From Octopus vulgaris (Eukaryota): a stretch of DNA of 64,000 bases. Every line of letters begins with the position of its first letter. Within the stretch, counting starts at the first letter, position 1. The translations under genes and the position numbers were made by a program. The notes under the pieces are model-generated. The model was given only the letters and a program-made list of their open reading frames with translations. It searched no databases and was not told where the DNA came from. Positions 1 to 13,260 of this stretch are shown here, one piece after another. The stretch covers positions 50,592,001 to 50,656,000 of the forward strand of contig OX597833.1 of the NCBI GenBank assembly GCA_951406725.2, read 5' to 3'.

Positions 1-1000
1 ATTTTAAGAGCTTTGGTTGCTAATTATTTTGTATGATGACTGACACTCTTTCCTTCTTGGGTCTTGGCTCAATAATGGTATCTTCTGATGGATAATGCTG
101 AATGTTTCTGTTTCTTGGAGTTAGTGTTGTAATTAAAAATAGATAGATTTGGGTGTATCTGAAATGTTTTGGGCTTTTCATAATTATTCAATGTCTTTTG
201 CTTCGGCCCCTTCTGCTCCGTTCTCTATTAGAGTAGATGAATACTTTCTTTCAAGTAATGCTTGTTTTAATTCAAGAAGTCTTTTCTTCTGAACACTCGG
301 ATTGGAGACAGTTGTTCGGATTCTTCAAGCTATGTTAAACGGAATATTGGATTCCGTATGTTTTGGGAAGTATGAAAAAATACTAGGTACAGTCTAGAAT
401 CCATTGGTTTGTAGTAGATGTCGATTTCTAAGTTCGTTTCATTTTTAATAATCAAAACGTCTAAGAATTACAGCTGGTTAAAACTAAATTTCATAATGTT
501 CTGTTGGAATCTGAAGTCACTGAGTTCATCTAAGTTGTATGCCCACAAAATATGATAGTCATCTATGTATGGTTTCCAAATTTTCCCCAGATAATTTTGA
601 AAGTTGATACCGTATTTTGTTTTGGCTTGTTCATACATCTAGACTTCTAGATATGTCACGTATCCTTAAATCCTTAAAAATCTTTTAACGCGGAGGCCGC
701 GGCCATGCTGAGGCACCACCGCTGTATATTGAGAACCATTTTATACCTTTTGAAATTCCAGATATTTGTTTGTAGTTTTCCCTCTAAAATGAAGAAGTTG
801 TTTTGAAGAATGAATGTTAATCCCTCAGTGATGTATTGTTGATCAATTCGGTCGGAATTTTATCAAGGAATTTTCTTAGTCAAAAAGCTATTGCCTCTAG
901 TCTGTATCATGGTGGTCTCGTAGTATAAAGATTTGCTACATCGAATATAGCGATTATGGTATCCCCGTTAACTTTTTCCGTACTTGTCTAAACGTATATC
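1..1000 (-). mobile_element. Degraded Penelope-like retroelement (PLE), reverse transcriptase fragment
   Basis: Manual minus-strand translation across stops and frameshifts gives FDVANLYT (about 945-922), TFILQNNFF, WKPYIDD (YIDD at 569-558), FLDVLI, DIYYKPMDSRLYL and NIPFNIA. This order matches PLE RT palm and thumb motifs. It runs off the window start. Confidence 0.8.
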
Positions 1001-1005
1001 AATGT

Positions 1006-1304
1006 GGAGGCTTAATGGCCCAGTGGTTAGGGCAGCGGACTCGCGGTCGGAGGATCGCGGTTTCAATTCCCAGACCGGGCGTTGTGTGCGTTTATTGAGC
1101 GAAAACACCTAAAGTTGCAGGAGGCTCCAGCAGGGGGTGGGGGTGGAAACCGCTGTTGTACTCTTTCGCCAGAACTTTCTCTCAGTCTCTTCCTGATGGC
1201 GTCCCATCCAACTCAGGGGAACACATACGCCACAGAAACTGGGGAAACCGGGCCCATTAGCCTGGCTAGGCTTGAAAAGGGCGCATGAATAAATAAATAA
1301 ATAA
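1006..1304 (+). mobile_element. tRNA-derived SINE, family B (internally deleted copy)
   Basis: A-box-like tggcccagtggttagg, B-box-like ggtttcaattcc and a (TAAA)n tail. Similar to copies at 28195, 59493, 23368 and 49689. Confidence 0.85.
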
Positions 1305-1625
1305 ACATATATGAATACATATGTACAACCATAGACACATCCATAATCATACACACTTACGTTTTATAGCGCTTTCTGACAAAAGACTACGTGTATATTA
1401 CTGGGAGACATACAATGCAAAATGGAATCTGCAATAACGTTCAGACAGAAAATAATACTTTTTCACAGATTTCAAGATATGAAATTGTATATCTGTATAT
1501 CTGTTATATGAAACATTGATTAATGGATAGATAATGTTACTCTGTAAATAATATAATTTAATACATGTTTTATATGTAATGAGTATCGTCGGCGATAATG
1601 ACTAGAATCTAATATATGTGTGTTT

Positions 1626-1662
<37 letters not shown>

Positions 1663-1700
1663 CACGCAATCAGGCACTCACACACAAACACACACATACA

Positions 1701-1739
<39 letters not shown>

Positions 1740-2537
1740 TATCTATAGATATAGATATAGATATACATATATACATACACACACACACACACATACACAC
1801 ACATATATATATATATATATGTATATACCCAAATATTAGTATATGCTTAATGCAACAGACACACACTCATGTACGTATGTATGTACGTATGTATATATAT
1901 ATATATATATATCATTTAGACATCTGCGTTTGTATATCATTCCGTATATAGATATCTACTTTTCATGTGTATATGTGTGTGTTGTGCGTGTATGTGTAAG
2001 TGATTGTGTTTTGCTGTATGTGTATATCTATGGTTGTGTGTCTACATGTGTGTATCAGTGTGTGTAAGTATGTGGCGTGTTTATATGTGTGTGTGTGTTT
2101 ATGTCTCCGTGAGTATGTTTTGCCTAATGGGGAAGAAGACGAAATGTTACTCTGTATATATACGAATATAAGTTTGTCAATCGGCGCAGACGTTCGAGAA
2201 TCCGAGAGATTGTCTCCGGGCAGCTAATTCAATTCTCTGTGCTACAAGCTCAAATCTCTTTGACGTCAGATTTTCCTATCCAGCTTCATAAAACGTTATC
2301 AACTCAAGGCGATTAAATGGCGGAACCGACATGTTACTTAATAACAGTTCCGCTTGTAATGACACTGGCGCTAAACTGTATTAGCCTTGCCTTTCGTTGA
2401 ACACTGGTGTTGTTTTCGGGCAGGTTGAATTGTTGTAACGCAACTCTTGTCTACTAGAGAAACTTCGGTGTTAAGTTTGCAGTATAGAGAGGAACTTTCC
2501 AGATACAGAAAGTTATAAACAACTGTGACCAAAGAAG

Positions 2538-2613
<76 letters not shown>

Positions 2614-2682
2614 GGGAATAAATCCAAATTTACAGGGAAAAAATCAGATTTAGGATTAAATCCAATTTTATAGTAAAATATT

Positions 2683-2800
2683 ATATAATATTAATTAGAG
2701 ACAAAACCACTATTTTGCAAAACAAACAAGGAAAGATTTAATCAATACATAAAATTTTACTTTCCTTGTTTGTTTTGCAAAATAGTGGTTTTGTCTCTAA

Positions 2801-2812
<12 letters not shown>
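2683..2812. repeat. Fold-back inverted repeat between (TA)n tracts
   Basis: ataatattaattagagacaaaaccactattttgcaaaacaaacaaggaaag (to 2735) is the exact reverse complement of 2760-2810. Confidence 0.9.
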
Positions 2813-2846
<34 letters not shown>

Positions 2847-2847
2847 A

Positions 2848-3006
2848 TGTACATTTAAACACATGAGAAAACTACCCTTCAACAGGTAATTTTTACACGC
2901 TAGAAGAAGCAGCCAAATGTGTAAAAATATGACAACGTATAACAATTGCACAAACGTGTACAAATTACCCGTTAAAGGGTACTTTTCTCTTGTGTTCATA
3001 TGTACA
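2848..3006. repeat. Diverged inverted repeat (about 50-bp arms)
   Basis: gtacatttaaacacatgagaaaactacccttcaacaggtaattt pairs with aaattacccgttaaagggtacttttctcttgtgttcatatgtac. Confidence 0.8.
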
Positions 3007-3110
3007 CTATTTTATATTAAGAATATGTTGTCTATTGTCTATTTATACATGCTAGGCCACTGGTGGTGATATTTCTAAGAATATTCGCCACCATTTATAT
3101 GTATGTTACC

Positions 3111-3169
<59 letters not shown>

Positions 3170-3186
3170 GTGTCCCTTTTGTGTCC

Positions 3187-3222
3187 CTTTCTGTAGAAGA
3201 GCGTAGGCTCGAAACGTAACAG
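3187..3222 (+). ncRNA. Minimal type I hammerhead-like motif (variant core CUGUAGA) in a (TA)n-flanked repeat spanning about 3167-3300
   Basis: cttt-CTGTAGA-a-GAGC gtag GCTC-GAAA-CGTA-acag, with palindromic ACGT stem III as in PLE minimal hammerheads. Related copies at 8873 and 16359. Confidence 0.55.
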
Positions 3223-3356
3223 ACTTTGTCTATTCTTGAGCGTAATACTAATACATCTGTTTGTTTTGTACACCACCTATCTTCGTCTTTTGTTTTTTTG
3301 TATATATATGAATGTGTGTATGTTTGTGTGAGTAAATGTAATATATGTGCTATGTA

Positions 3357-3560
3357 TCAAAATATTGCTAGAGATAGAAACTTCCACAATTACTTTAGCT
3401 CCAAAATTCATTAACTCAAGCCATAAAATTTTCATATGAAAATTTTGGGATTATGAATATAAACAGTAAGTATATTATTTAACATTTTATGGCTTGGCTG
3501 AGATAATATCGTTTTGAGTTGATGAAGTTGTGGGTGGTTCTATCTGTAGCAATATTTTGA
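3357..3560. repeat. Diverged inverted repeat (about 75-bp arms)
   Basis: tcaaaatattgctagagatagaa...aagccataaaat pairs with attttatggcttg...ttctatctgtagcaatattttga. Confidence 0.75.
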
Positions 3561-3683
3561 TATATATGAATTAATTATTGAGAGTAATTCAATTTAATAT
3601 TCAATTTAATATTTTTAATTTGAATGTCTCAATCCTGTGGCACTGGAATTGATATTCCCTAATTATTATAATAATATGTGCCA

Positions 3684-4079
3684 CAGGAGTGGCTGTGTGG
3701 TAAGTAGCTTGCTAACCAACCACATGGTTCCGGGTTCAGTCCCACTGCGTGGCACCTTGGGCAAGTGTCTTCTACTATAGCCTCGGGCCGACTAAAGCCT
3801 TGAGAGTGGATTTGGTAGACGGAAACTGAAAGAATCCCGTCGTATATATGTATATATATATGTATGTGCGTGTATATGTTTGTGTGTCTGTGTTTGTCCC
3901 CCTAGCATTGCTTGACAACCGATGCTGGTGTGTTTATGTCCCCGTCACCTAGCGGTTCGGCAAAAGAGACAGATAGAATAAGTACTGGGCTTACAAAGAA
4001 TAAGTCCCGGGGTCGAGTTGCTCGATTAAAAGCGGTGCACCAGCATGGCCGCAGTGAAAATGACTGAAACAAGTAAAAA
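3684..4079 (+). mobile_element. SINE family A (tRNA-like head, CORE-like ccttgggcaagt motif, internal microsatellite)
   Basis: Head ggagtggctgtgtggtaag...gggttcagtccc, then ccttgggcaagtgtcttc; tail gactgaaacaagtaaaa. More than 10 copies in the window. Confidence 0.9.
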
Positions 4080-4565
4080 CATATATATATTGTTGTACGT
4101 GCATGTATGTATTTGTGTACCGCACGTGTCATAAGGATATACGTGTAGAGGAAGACAAATTCTTTGCCCCTGGTCTAAGACCAGGCCTTTATGACAAGCG
4201 AGGTGAAGGAAGGAAGAAAAGAAATCGTGGAGGTGTGGTGCGAATGCCTGAAACAGAATGAATTCTGTTGAAAGCACAATGTGTGCAGTGAATTGATATT
4301 AAACCGGTTGACGCTGTTAGGGCTCTACCCCTGCGCTCCATAGCCAGATTTGAACTCAGAACGCAAAGACCTATAACAACTATCGCAGGCACCCGGGTCG
4401 ATGTTCCTGTAGTTTCGCTAATCTATTTCCTATATTTTAATGATTCGCCTACTATATTGAACTGCAGTCTTTATAACCTTTGATTAACCCGGTATGTGTA
4501 TTATATGATGCATATCTGTACAACTAGTTGCCCTATGTTCAACTAATATAAGTTATAGCAACAGC

Positions 4566-4917
4566 CAGGAGTGGCTGTGTGGTAAGTAGCTTGCTAACCA
4601 ACCACATGGTTCCGGGTTCAGTCTCACTGCGTGGCACCTTGGGCAAGTGTCTTCTGCTATAGCCTCGGGTCCACCAAAGCCTTGTGAGTGGATTTGGTAG
4701 ACGGAAACTGAAAGAAGCCTGTCGTATATATGTATATATATGTATGTTTGTGTGTCTGTGTTTGGTGTGTTTACGTCCCCGTCACTTAGCGGTTCGGCAA
4801 AAGAGACCGATAGGATAAGTACTGGGCTTACAAAAGAATAAGTCCCGGGGTCGATTTGCTCGACTAAAGGCGGTGCTCCAGCATGGCTGCAGTCAAATGA
4901 CTGAAACAAGTAAAAGA
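4566..4917 (+). mobile_element. SINE family A
   Basis: Near-identical to 3684-4079, with a small internal deletion. Confidence 0.9.
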
Positions 4918-5015
4918 AAAAAAATTAAAGAGAAGCCATAATTGTTTCCGCGGAAATAAAAGACAAAAATGCAACATTGAATGTGAAAATAATTGTTACA
5001 TTCTAATACAACGGG

Positions 5016-5978
5016 GGATATTTTCCTTTTGATCGGCAGGTCGATAAATTAATTTTCTTTAACTAAACACTTTCAAACTTCGCATTCTGGCAGAATGTGT
5101 CTTATAGAACATATTTTACTCTTAGCGTTGTAGAGAAAAGTTTGTATTTTCGAAGTTATTTCGTGTTAAATTTGTCGTATTTCGGTAATTTCAACCAATC
5201 AGTGACGTGTATTCAGCGGAATAAAATTACTGCTGTGTTTGTCAACAACAACTTCCAGCGGTTTATATTTCGTTTGTCACTGTTATTTATGACATATTTC
5301 ATCGCAGTTACGTTCGTATGATTATACGAGTGTATCTAAAGCACGTTTACTTCGTGACACCACCATAATCGTTCATGCATTTCTACTGCTTTTAGGATAT
5401 TTTTTCCTGTTTTGCAGCTACTATTCTCAAAAAGACTTCCTCCCGTCCCCGCCATTTTCTCGCAAATTATTGCTTAAAATTTCTTTTTTTGCCAAAAACC
5501 CAGCTTATCGGATGCGGAGATTCCGGAAAATTGCCAAAAATCGGAATTTTGAAACTTTTTGCCCCCTTCCTCTCCAATTTCTTCATTTTTCACTTTTTTC
5601 CGTAATACTAACCCTAAAAGCCCAAAGCTAACCTTAACCCTAACCCTAAAACCCTGACCCTAACCTCCTAAAGCTAAAACCAGTACAATCGCACGAACGA
5701 TGTCATAAATATCAGTGTCAAACGAAATATACACCACCAATAATTGTTGTTGACAAACAACAGCAGTAATTTTATTCAGCTGAATACACGTCATTGATTG
5801 GTTGAAATTACTGAAATACGACTTTAACACGAAATAACTTCGTAAATAGAAACTTTTCTCAACAACGCTAAGAGTAAATGATGTTCTATATGATACATTC
5901 TACCAGTATACGAAGTTTGAAAGTGTTTATTTAAAAAAAAATTAATGTATCGACCTGCCGATCAAAAGGAAAAGATCC
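5016..5978. mobile_element. Non-autonomous DNA transposon with about 300-bp terminal inverted repeats (TIRs), 8-9-bp TSD and internal CCCTAA repeats (MULE- or Merlin-like)
   Basis: Termini ggatattttccttttgatcggcaggtcgata / tatcgacctgccgatcaaaaggaaaagatcc. tacaacgg is duplicated at 5007-5014 and 5979-5986. CCCTAA-like repeats at about 5610-5670. Confidence 0.85.
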
Positions 5979-6377
5979 TACAACGGATTCATATAATAAA
6001 CTTTACTACCCAGAAAGGGATATTCATTCGCATAACCCTAAAACTTCTTTCGAAATTGCAAGGAATGAAATTTGTGTGAAATATAAATAGCTCTTGTTAA
6101 GTGATTATCAACGTCTACTTAAACTGATACAGAATACAAGAAGTTCCAGAAGAAATATGAACTATCAAACAGGAAAACTGAATCGGCCAAACATACGCAA
6201 AATATTAAAAAGTAACTGGAGTAAAATATCAAATGTGCCGCACCGTTGCTGTACTTGCTCATAAACACATCTCGACACATCAACACGGAGAAGAGGTAAG
6301 CATATACAAATATATAACTGAAGCAAATTCGCTCACATATTCTCCCACGTATACACAGAAGGGCATAAATAAACGTA

Positions 6378-6538
6378 CAGGAGTGGCTGTGTGGTAAGTA
6401 GCTTGCTAACCAACCACATGGTTCCGGGTTCAGTCCCACTGCGCGGCATCTTGGGCAAGTGTCTTCTGCTATAGCCCCGGGCCGACCAATGCCTAGTGAG
6501 TGGATTTGGTAGACGGAAACTGAAAGAAGCCTGTCGTA

Positions 6539-6619
<81 letters not shown>

Positions 6620-6838
6620 TTGTGTGTCTGTGTTTGCCCCCCTAGCATTGCTTGACAACCGATGCTGGTGTGTTTACGTCCCCGTAACTTAGCGGTTCGG
6701 CAAAAGAGACCGATAGAATAAGTACTGGGCTTACAAAAGAATAAGTCCCGGGGTCGATTTGCTCGACTAAAGGCGGTGCTCCAGCATGGCCATAGTCAAA
6801 TGACTGAAACATGTAAAAGAGTAAAAGAGTAAAAGAGT
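6378..6838 (+). mobile_element. SINE family A, full length, long internal (TA)n
   Basis: Same head, body and tail as other copies; tail (taaaagag)n. Confidence 0.9.
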
Positions 6839-7618
6839 ATATATTAGAAAGCTAATGGTGATAGCCATACGTTTCAACCGGTTCTACGAGAATGTGCAAC
6901 ATATAACGCGTGTACCCCCTTTACCGTACTAGGTTTATACGTGAAGGTATGTGGCTAAGTTTTAGGAAAGAATGATGGATCTAGAAAGTTCTTTGGCATT
7001 TCCCATCATTCTAACACCCTGCATTCTATTCTGACGTCCTTCAAGAATTTTAAAGACCTTATCCAAATTTCTGAAATTCTCACTGATTTTTTTTTTCTTC
7101 TTTTAGCCTTACCTTTTACTTGTTTTTTTAGTTCCACAAATCATTGTATCCAAATCTTTTCGGCATTGTTCCCCCCCCCCACATGTTCAGTTTCGAGAAG
7201 CGTTACTTCGTGTCACAGAAATAAAAGAGGCATTCATGAGATCGAAATCACTCTACAAGAGTCAGTGCTGGGATCTTATTGACGTTGTTTTTTTAGAGAA
7301 AGAGATAGCTGGAGAAGAAAAACAAAAAACAAACAAAAAAAAAAAACATTTAATGTGTCACGTGTCAGAAGAGTGAAGAGCGGATTGGATTGTTGAAATT
7401 AAGTTTAGACAGAAGAGAAATAGATAGATTGGAACTATTGATAGCCGAATATAATCAGCCATACACACATGTGTGTACAGATAGTGTATATTCCGATACA
7501 TAAGAGATGGAAGCGATAGAAGAGAAGCTTCACAGATGGATTGATAAAGTAGGAGAAATAGGGGTTATTCAATCTTCGTAGACAGATAGAATTTTAGACT
7601 TTGATAGGAAGCTAGGAA

Positions 7619-7692
<74 letters not shown>

Positions 7693-7695
<3 letters not shown>

Positions 7696-8058
7696 ATATA
7701 TAAACGGCAGTTTGTCTGTGTGTGTTTCTGTGTGTCTGTCAGGTTGTACCCTCACCCTGACCACGGCTTTCAACCGATTCTGATGAAACTTGACACACAC
7801 ATAGCCCAATGTCATAATTCAAAACTAACGCAGCGAAAATTTTGAAAAGTTCCCCCAGTTCTGAAAAACATCGATAAATTCCACATGGAGTCGAGAATCA
7901 GAAACACAAACCACAGACTGTCTAGGGGACGCAACTCGACCTTTTTAACTAAAAAAAAATTTAGCATCATTTTTTTCCATTTTTTGGCTATAACTCTCTA
8001 AAAATGCTTTATAGTTATTTCCCTTACAAACCCGAGCAACGCCGGGCGATACTGCTAG
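7693..8058 (+). mobile_element. Non-autonomous Helitron
   Basis: 5' TC start after A (a|tctatatataa). 3' subterminal hairpin cccgagcaacgccggg followed by CTAG|t. No TSD. Confidence 0.8.
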
Positions 8059-8111
8059 TATATATATATATATAATGTTCGTGTGCACACACATATATGT
8101 AGTATATATGT

Positions 8112-8495
8112 TGGAAGCATTCCGTCGGTTACGACGACGAGGTTTCCGGTTGATCCGATCAACGGAACAGCCTGCTCGTGAAATTAAAGTGTAAGTGGCT
8201 GAGCACTCCACAGACACGTGTACCCTTAACGTAGTTCTCAGGGGATATTCAGCGTGACACAGAGAGTGACAAGGCCGGCCCTTTGAAATACAGGTACAAC
8301 AGAAACAGGAAGTAGGAGTGAGAGAAAGTTGGGGTGAAAGAGTACAGCAGGGATCACCACCATCCCTGCCAGAGCCTCGTGGAGCTCTTTTAGGTGTTTT
8401 CGCTCAATAAACACTCACAACGCCCGGTCTGGGAATCGAACCACGATCCTACGACCGCGAGTCCGCTGCCCTAACCACTGGGCCATTGCGCCTCC
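8112..8495 (-). mobile_element. SINE with family-B tRNA head but a different 3' body and tail
   Basis: Head ggaggcgcaatggcccagtggttagggcagcggactcgcgg matches family B. The 3' half (gtgtctgtggagtgctcagccactt...gttccgttgatcggatcaac) is unrelated to the other B copies. Confidence 0.85.
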
Positions 8496-8582
8496 ACATG
8501 TAGTATATAAATGTGAGTGTGTATATGTTTTTATATGTCTGTAATGTATCTATATATATATGTATATATATATATGTATGTA

Positions 8583-8666
<84 letters not shown>

Positions 8667-8872
8667 CATACGGTCTCCCAACCATATGGCTCCGGAATCA
8701 TTCACATTGCCTGACACACTGGGCAAGTTTCTTCTAGTATAGCTACGTACCGACCAAAGTGAGTCGATTAGACAACTCAAAGAAGCCAGTCCGTTGTGTG
8801 TGTGTCATCATGTTAGACCGCTGAACTCTATACATTTCTTTTCATTCTCTTTCTGTCTATTTCCACTTATTC

Positions 8873-8910
8873 CTTTCCGTTTAAGAGCATAGGCTCGAAA
8901 CGTAAAAGAC
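8873..8910 (+). ncRNA. Degenerate copy of the hammerhead-like repeat
   Basis: cttt-ccgttta-a-GAGC atag GCTC-GAAA-CGTA-AAAG; core decayed. Downstream sequence resembles 3223-3300. Confidence 0.4.
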
Positions 8911-9386
8911 GTTTTGCTTTTTACCCGAGCGTCGACTAATGCACATGCTTGTCGTTCCTATATTTATCTTCGCTTTTGTTCTCTTTATTTTTCTATAAAT
9001 TAGAACTATATATATATAAAGAATATGAGGTTTTAGTTCACTGGTGATGTCAACGAATAGGGACGCTAAGTGCTATAATTGGTCATCCGTCAGGTGCAAA
9101 GTTCACAGCCGAGGATGGAGCTAGGAATCCGTATTAGGGCTATGTGTTAGCAGGTATATATTAGGGGAGGAGGACAACAAAAACTAAGGCAGGGGGACTA
9201 TCACAAGCTATTTATAATAATTTAATTAGGGTAAGGTGAGTTTGAAGTCTTACATGCATATATGGGCGTGTGTCTTTGTGTCTGTGTTTGTCCCGTACCA
9301 CGTGGCCGAACTGAGTGGTTCATAAGCAGTAATATAATGCTTTAGAATATATATACATATATATTTAGATATATAGATAGATACAG

Positions 9387-9433
<47 letters not shown>

Positions 9434-9467
9434 TCAGACGGGGTGGTAGAGAGATAAATATATAGAT

Positions 9468-9657
9468 ATTCCTTTCTGCTATAAGTACAAGGCCTGAAAT
9501 TTTGGGGAAGCGGGTAAGTTGATTACTTAATTTATCGACTCCAAATGGATGAAAGACATAGTTGACCTCCGGCAGCATTTGAACTCAGAACGAGAAGATA
9601 GACGAAATACCGCAAAGCATTTCACCCCGGGTGCTAACGATTCTGCCAGCTCGCCGT
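9468..9657 (-). mobile_element. SINE family C (Nin/Deu-like domain), diverged
   Basis: Reverse complement of gacggcgagctggcagaatcgttagcac...ttctgagttcaaat...tttcatcc...gtcgataaattaagta. Confidence 0.75.
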
Positions 9658-9716
9658 CTCTGTAAATATAATGAAATTGATATATATATACATATATACA
9701 TATGCTTGTACATAAA

Positions 9717-10006
9717 TATAAGGGGAATGACCACTAAGTGGACATCCATTACGCTAGAGGTAGACGCCCATATGGTCTGACCGCTAAGAAAAGATTGTTC
9801 TCAAGAAAATTCAGCAAACGCCAGAACGTAAGCCAGCAAGACAAATGTGATTAATCTTTATATTTTGTATCTTTTCATTTGTCTCGCTGGCTTACGTTCT
9901 GACATTTGCTGAATTTTCTTGAGAACAATCTTTTCTTAGTGGTGACAGCATATGGGGTCTATCTCTAGCATAATGGATGTCCACTTAGTGGTCATCCCCT
10001 CTTATA
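9717..10006. repeat. Fold-back element, about 130-bp arms and 28-bp spacer
   Basis: atgaccactaagtggacatccatta...gtaagccagcaagacaaatg pairs with catttgtctcgctggcttacg...taatggatgtccacttagtggtcat. Confidence 0.9.
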
Positions 10007-10112
10007 TGCATGTAATTTACAATTTTTTTAAATCTCCAGATTTTTCAATATGCTAGGCCTCTGGTTTTAAATTGATATTAATCAAATTAATATTCAATGT
10101 TTCACCCTTGGT

Positions 10113-10170
<58 letters not shown>

Positions 10171-10191
10171 CGTTGTGTGTGTATATATGTA

Positions 10192-10422
10192 ATTCTTTAT
10201 TGCCTACGAGGGGCTAAACATAGAGGGGACAAACAAGGACAGATAAACGGATTACGTCGATTATATTGACTCCAGTGCGTAACTGGTACTTATTTAATCG
10301 ACCCCGAAAGGATGAAAAGCAAAGTCGACCTCGGCGGAATTTGAACTCAGAACATAGCGACAGACGAAATACCGCTAAGTATTTCACCCGGCATGCTAAC
10401 GATTCTGCCATGTCACCGCCTT
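10192..10422 (-). mobile_element. SINE family C
   Basis: Matches the unit of the 52915 array in reverse orientation. Confidence 0.85.
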
Positions 10423-10430
10423 CATGTACT

Positions 10431-10793
10431 TACTCTTTTACTCTTTTACTTGTTTCAGTCATTTGACTGCGGCCATGCTGGAGCAACGCCTTTAGTCGAG
10501 CAAATCGACCCCGGGAATTATTCTTTCGGTCTCTTAAACACACCAGCATCGGTTGTCAAGCAATGCTAGGGGGACAAACACAGACACACAAACATATACA
10601 CATACACTTATATATATATATACATATATACGACAGACTTCTTTCAGTTTCCGTCTACCAAATCCACTCACAAGGCATTGGTCGGCCCGGGGCTGTTGCA
10701 GAAGACACTTGCCCAAGATGCCACGCAGTGGGACTGAACCCGGAACCATGTGGCTGGTTAGCAAGCTACTTACCACACAGCCACTCCTGCGCC
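10431..10793 (-). mobile_element. SINE family A
   Basis: Reverse complement of family A, with an internal deletion. Confidence 0.9.
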
Positions 10794-11636
10794 TGTATTA
10801 CGTATGTATCTATATGTATAGATATTTACGCTTTTATGTATGTATCTGTCTATCCCTCTTTCTATCTATCGTTTCTAAAGAGGAAAGGACTTAAAGGGAA
10901 ACTTACGTTTCAGTGTAGAATAGAGGTAGAAACTCTAAAAAACCAGAGAAATGTTGGAGTTCAGTTATCATGGATTCTACGTGGACGTAGGGAAATGGTT
11001 AAGTGTATGTGAATAGTGAACGTGGTCTAAATTGTTACGGGTTTGGGTAGGGAGCAGTAGAAGACTTCGATAGAGTTTCGTGTTCAATGGAAATTAAAAA
11101 TATGTCGTGTATAACATGGCAGGCTTGGAAGGAGAAGGGCATTTGATATTGATACACCTGCAGCTAACTCGCAACTGACTAACAGGAAGTCTGCAGATGT
11201 CCACCAGGCATTAAGGCTTGATAGTGTTGTTACCGTTGTTGTCGTTGTTATTGGTAATGATAGTGGTGGTGGAGGTGGTGGTGGTGGTGGTGGTGGTGGT
11301 GGGTGTGGTGGTGGTGGTGGTTGTTATGTTGGAGGCGGTGCTTATATTGGTACTGATTTTAATAGAGTACATAAGCATTCCTGGGCGGTTGATTTGGTCG
11401 GAATGGAGATGTTTGTAAGATGGTCATGTGTATGAGTTTTTGCATACATACATACATGCATACACACATACATACATACATACATACATACATACATACA
11501 TACATACATACAGACAGACAAACATGCACACACATATAAAGACAAGCTAACAGCAGACAAATTGCACACATATCTACACACACAGACATAGGTATATGCG
11601 TTGTGTGTGTGTATGTATGTATATATATATATAAAT

Positions 11637-11949
<313 letters not shown>

Positions 11950-12365
11950 TTACATAAATCTTTTATGTATACATATACATACATACACATATGCACACAC
12001 ACATATTTAATCACAATTTCTGGATTCAAGGAATCCGGTAGGACTCATAAAAAATGCTCCTTAATTTATCATTCTACAAAGTATGTTGAATATAGAGTAA
12101 TATACAAGAAAAAATATAAGGAGGGTATAAAGTCATTAATGACAGAGAAATGATATGATAACCTTTTATTTAGCAAAAGAAAAATTCTAATATCACGATA
12201 AATTTGTTTCGTAACTCAAAAACATACAAATTACTTTAAATCATATTCAAGAATGATCAAATATCTTACATTTCTATATTTAAGAGAGGAGGAATTATGT
12301 ACATTATTTACATTATTTACATTATTTACATTTGATGGATATTTGTCTTCATCTTGTTTGTTGTT

Positions 12366-12411
12366 AGCACAGCATTTCGGCTGATATACCCTGCAGCCTT
12401 CATCAGGTGTC
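12366..12411 (-). ncRNA. Minimal type I hammerhead ribozyme motif (PLE-type), mutated copy
   Basis: Minus strand reads GACAC-CTGATGA-a-GGCTG cagggtatat CAGCC-GAAA-tgct-GTGCT. Core and stem II are intact; the stem III and cleavage-site segment is non-canonical. Confidence 0.65.
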
Positions 12412-12467
12412 TTGGGGAAATTTAAAACCTAGGTTTTCGTTCTTAAGGTATTTTTCTATGTTGCTGT

Positions 12468-13260
<793 letters not shown>

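Noticed and set aside
1006-1080. tRNA-like sequence
   Set aside because: It is a SINE head that continues into a repeated body; no proper acceptor stem.
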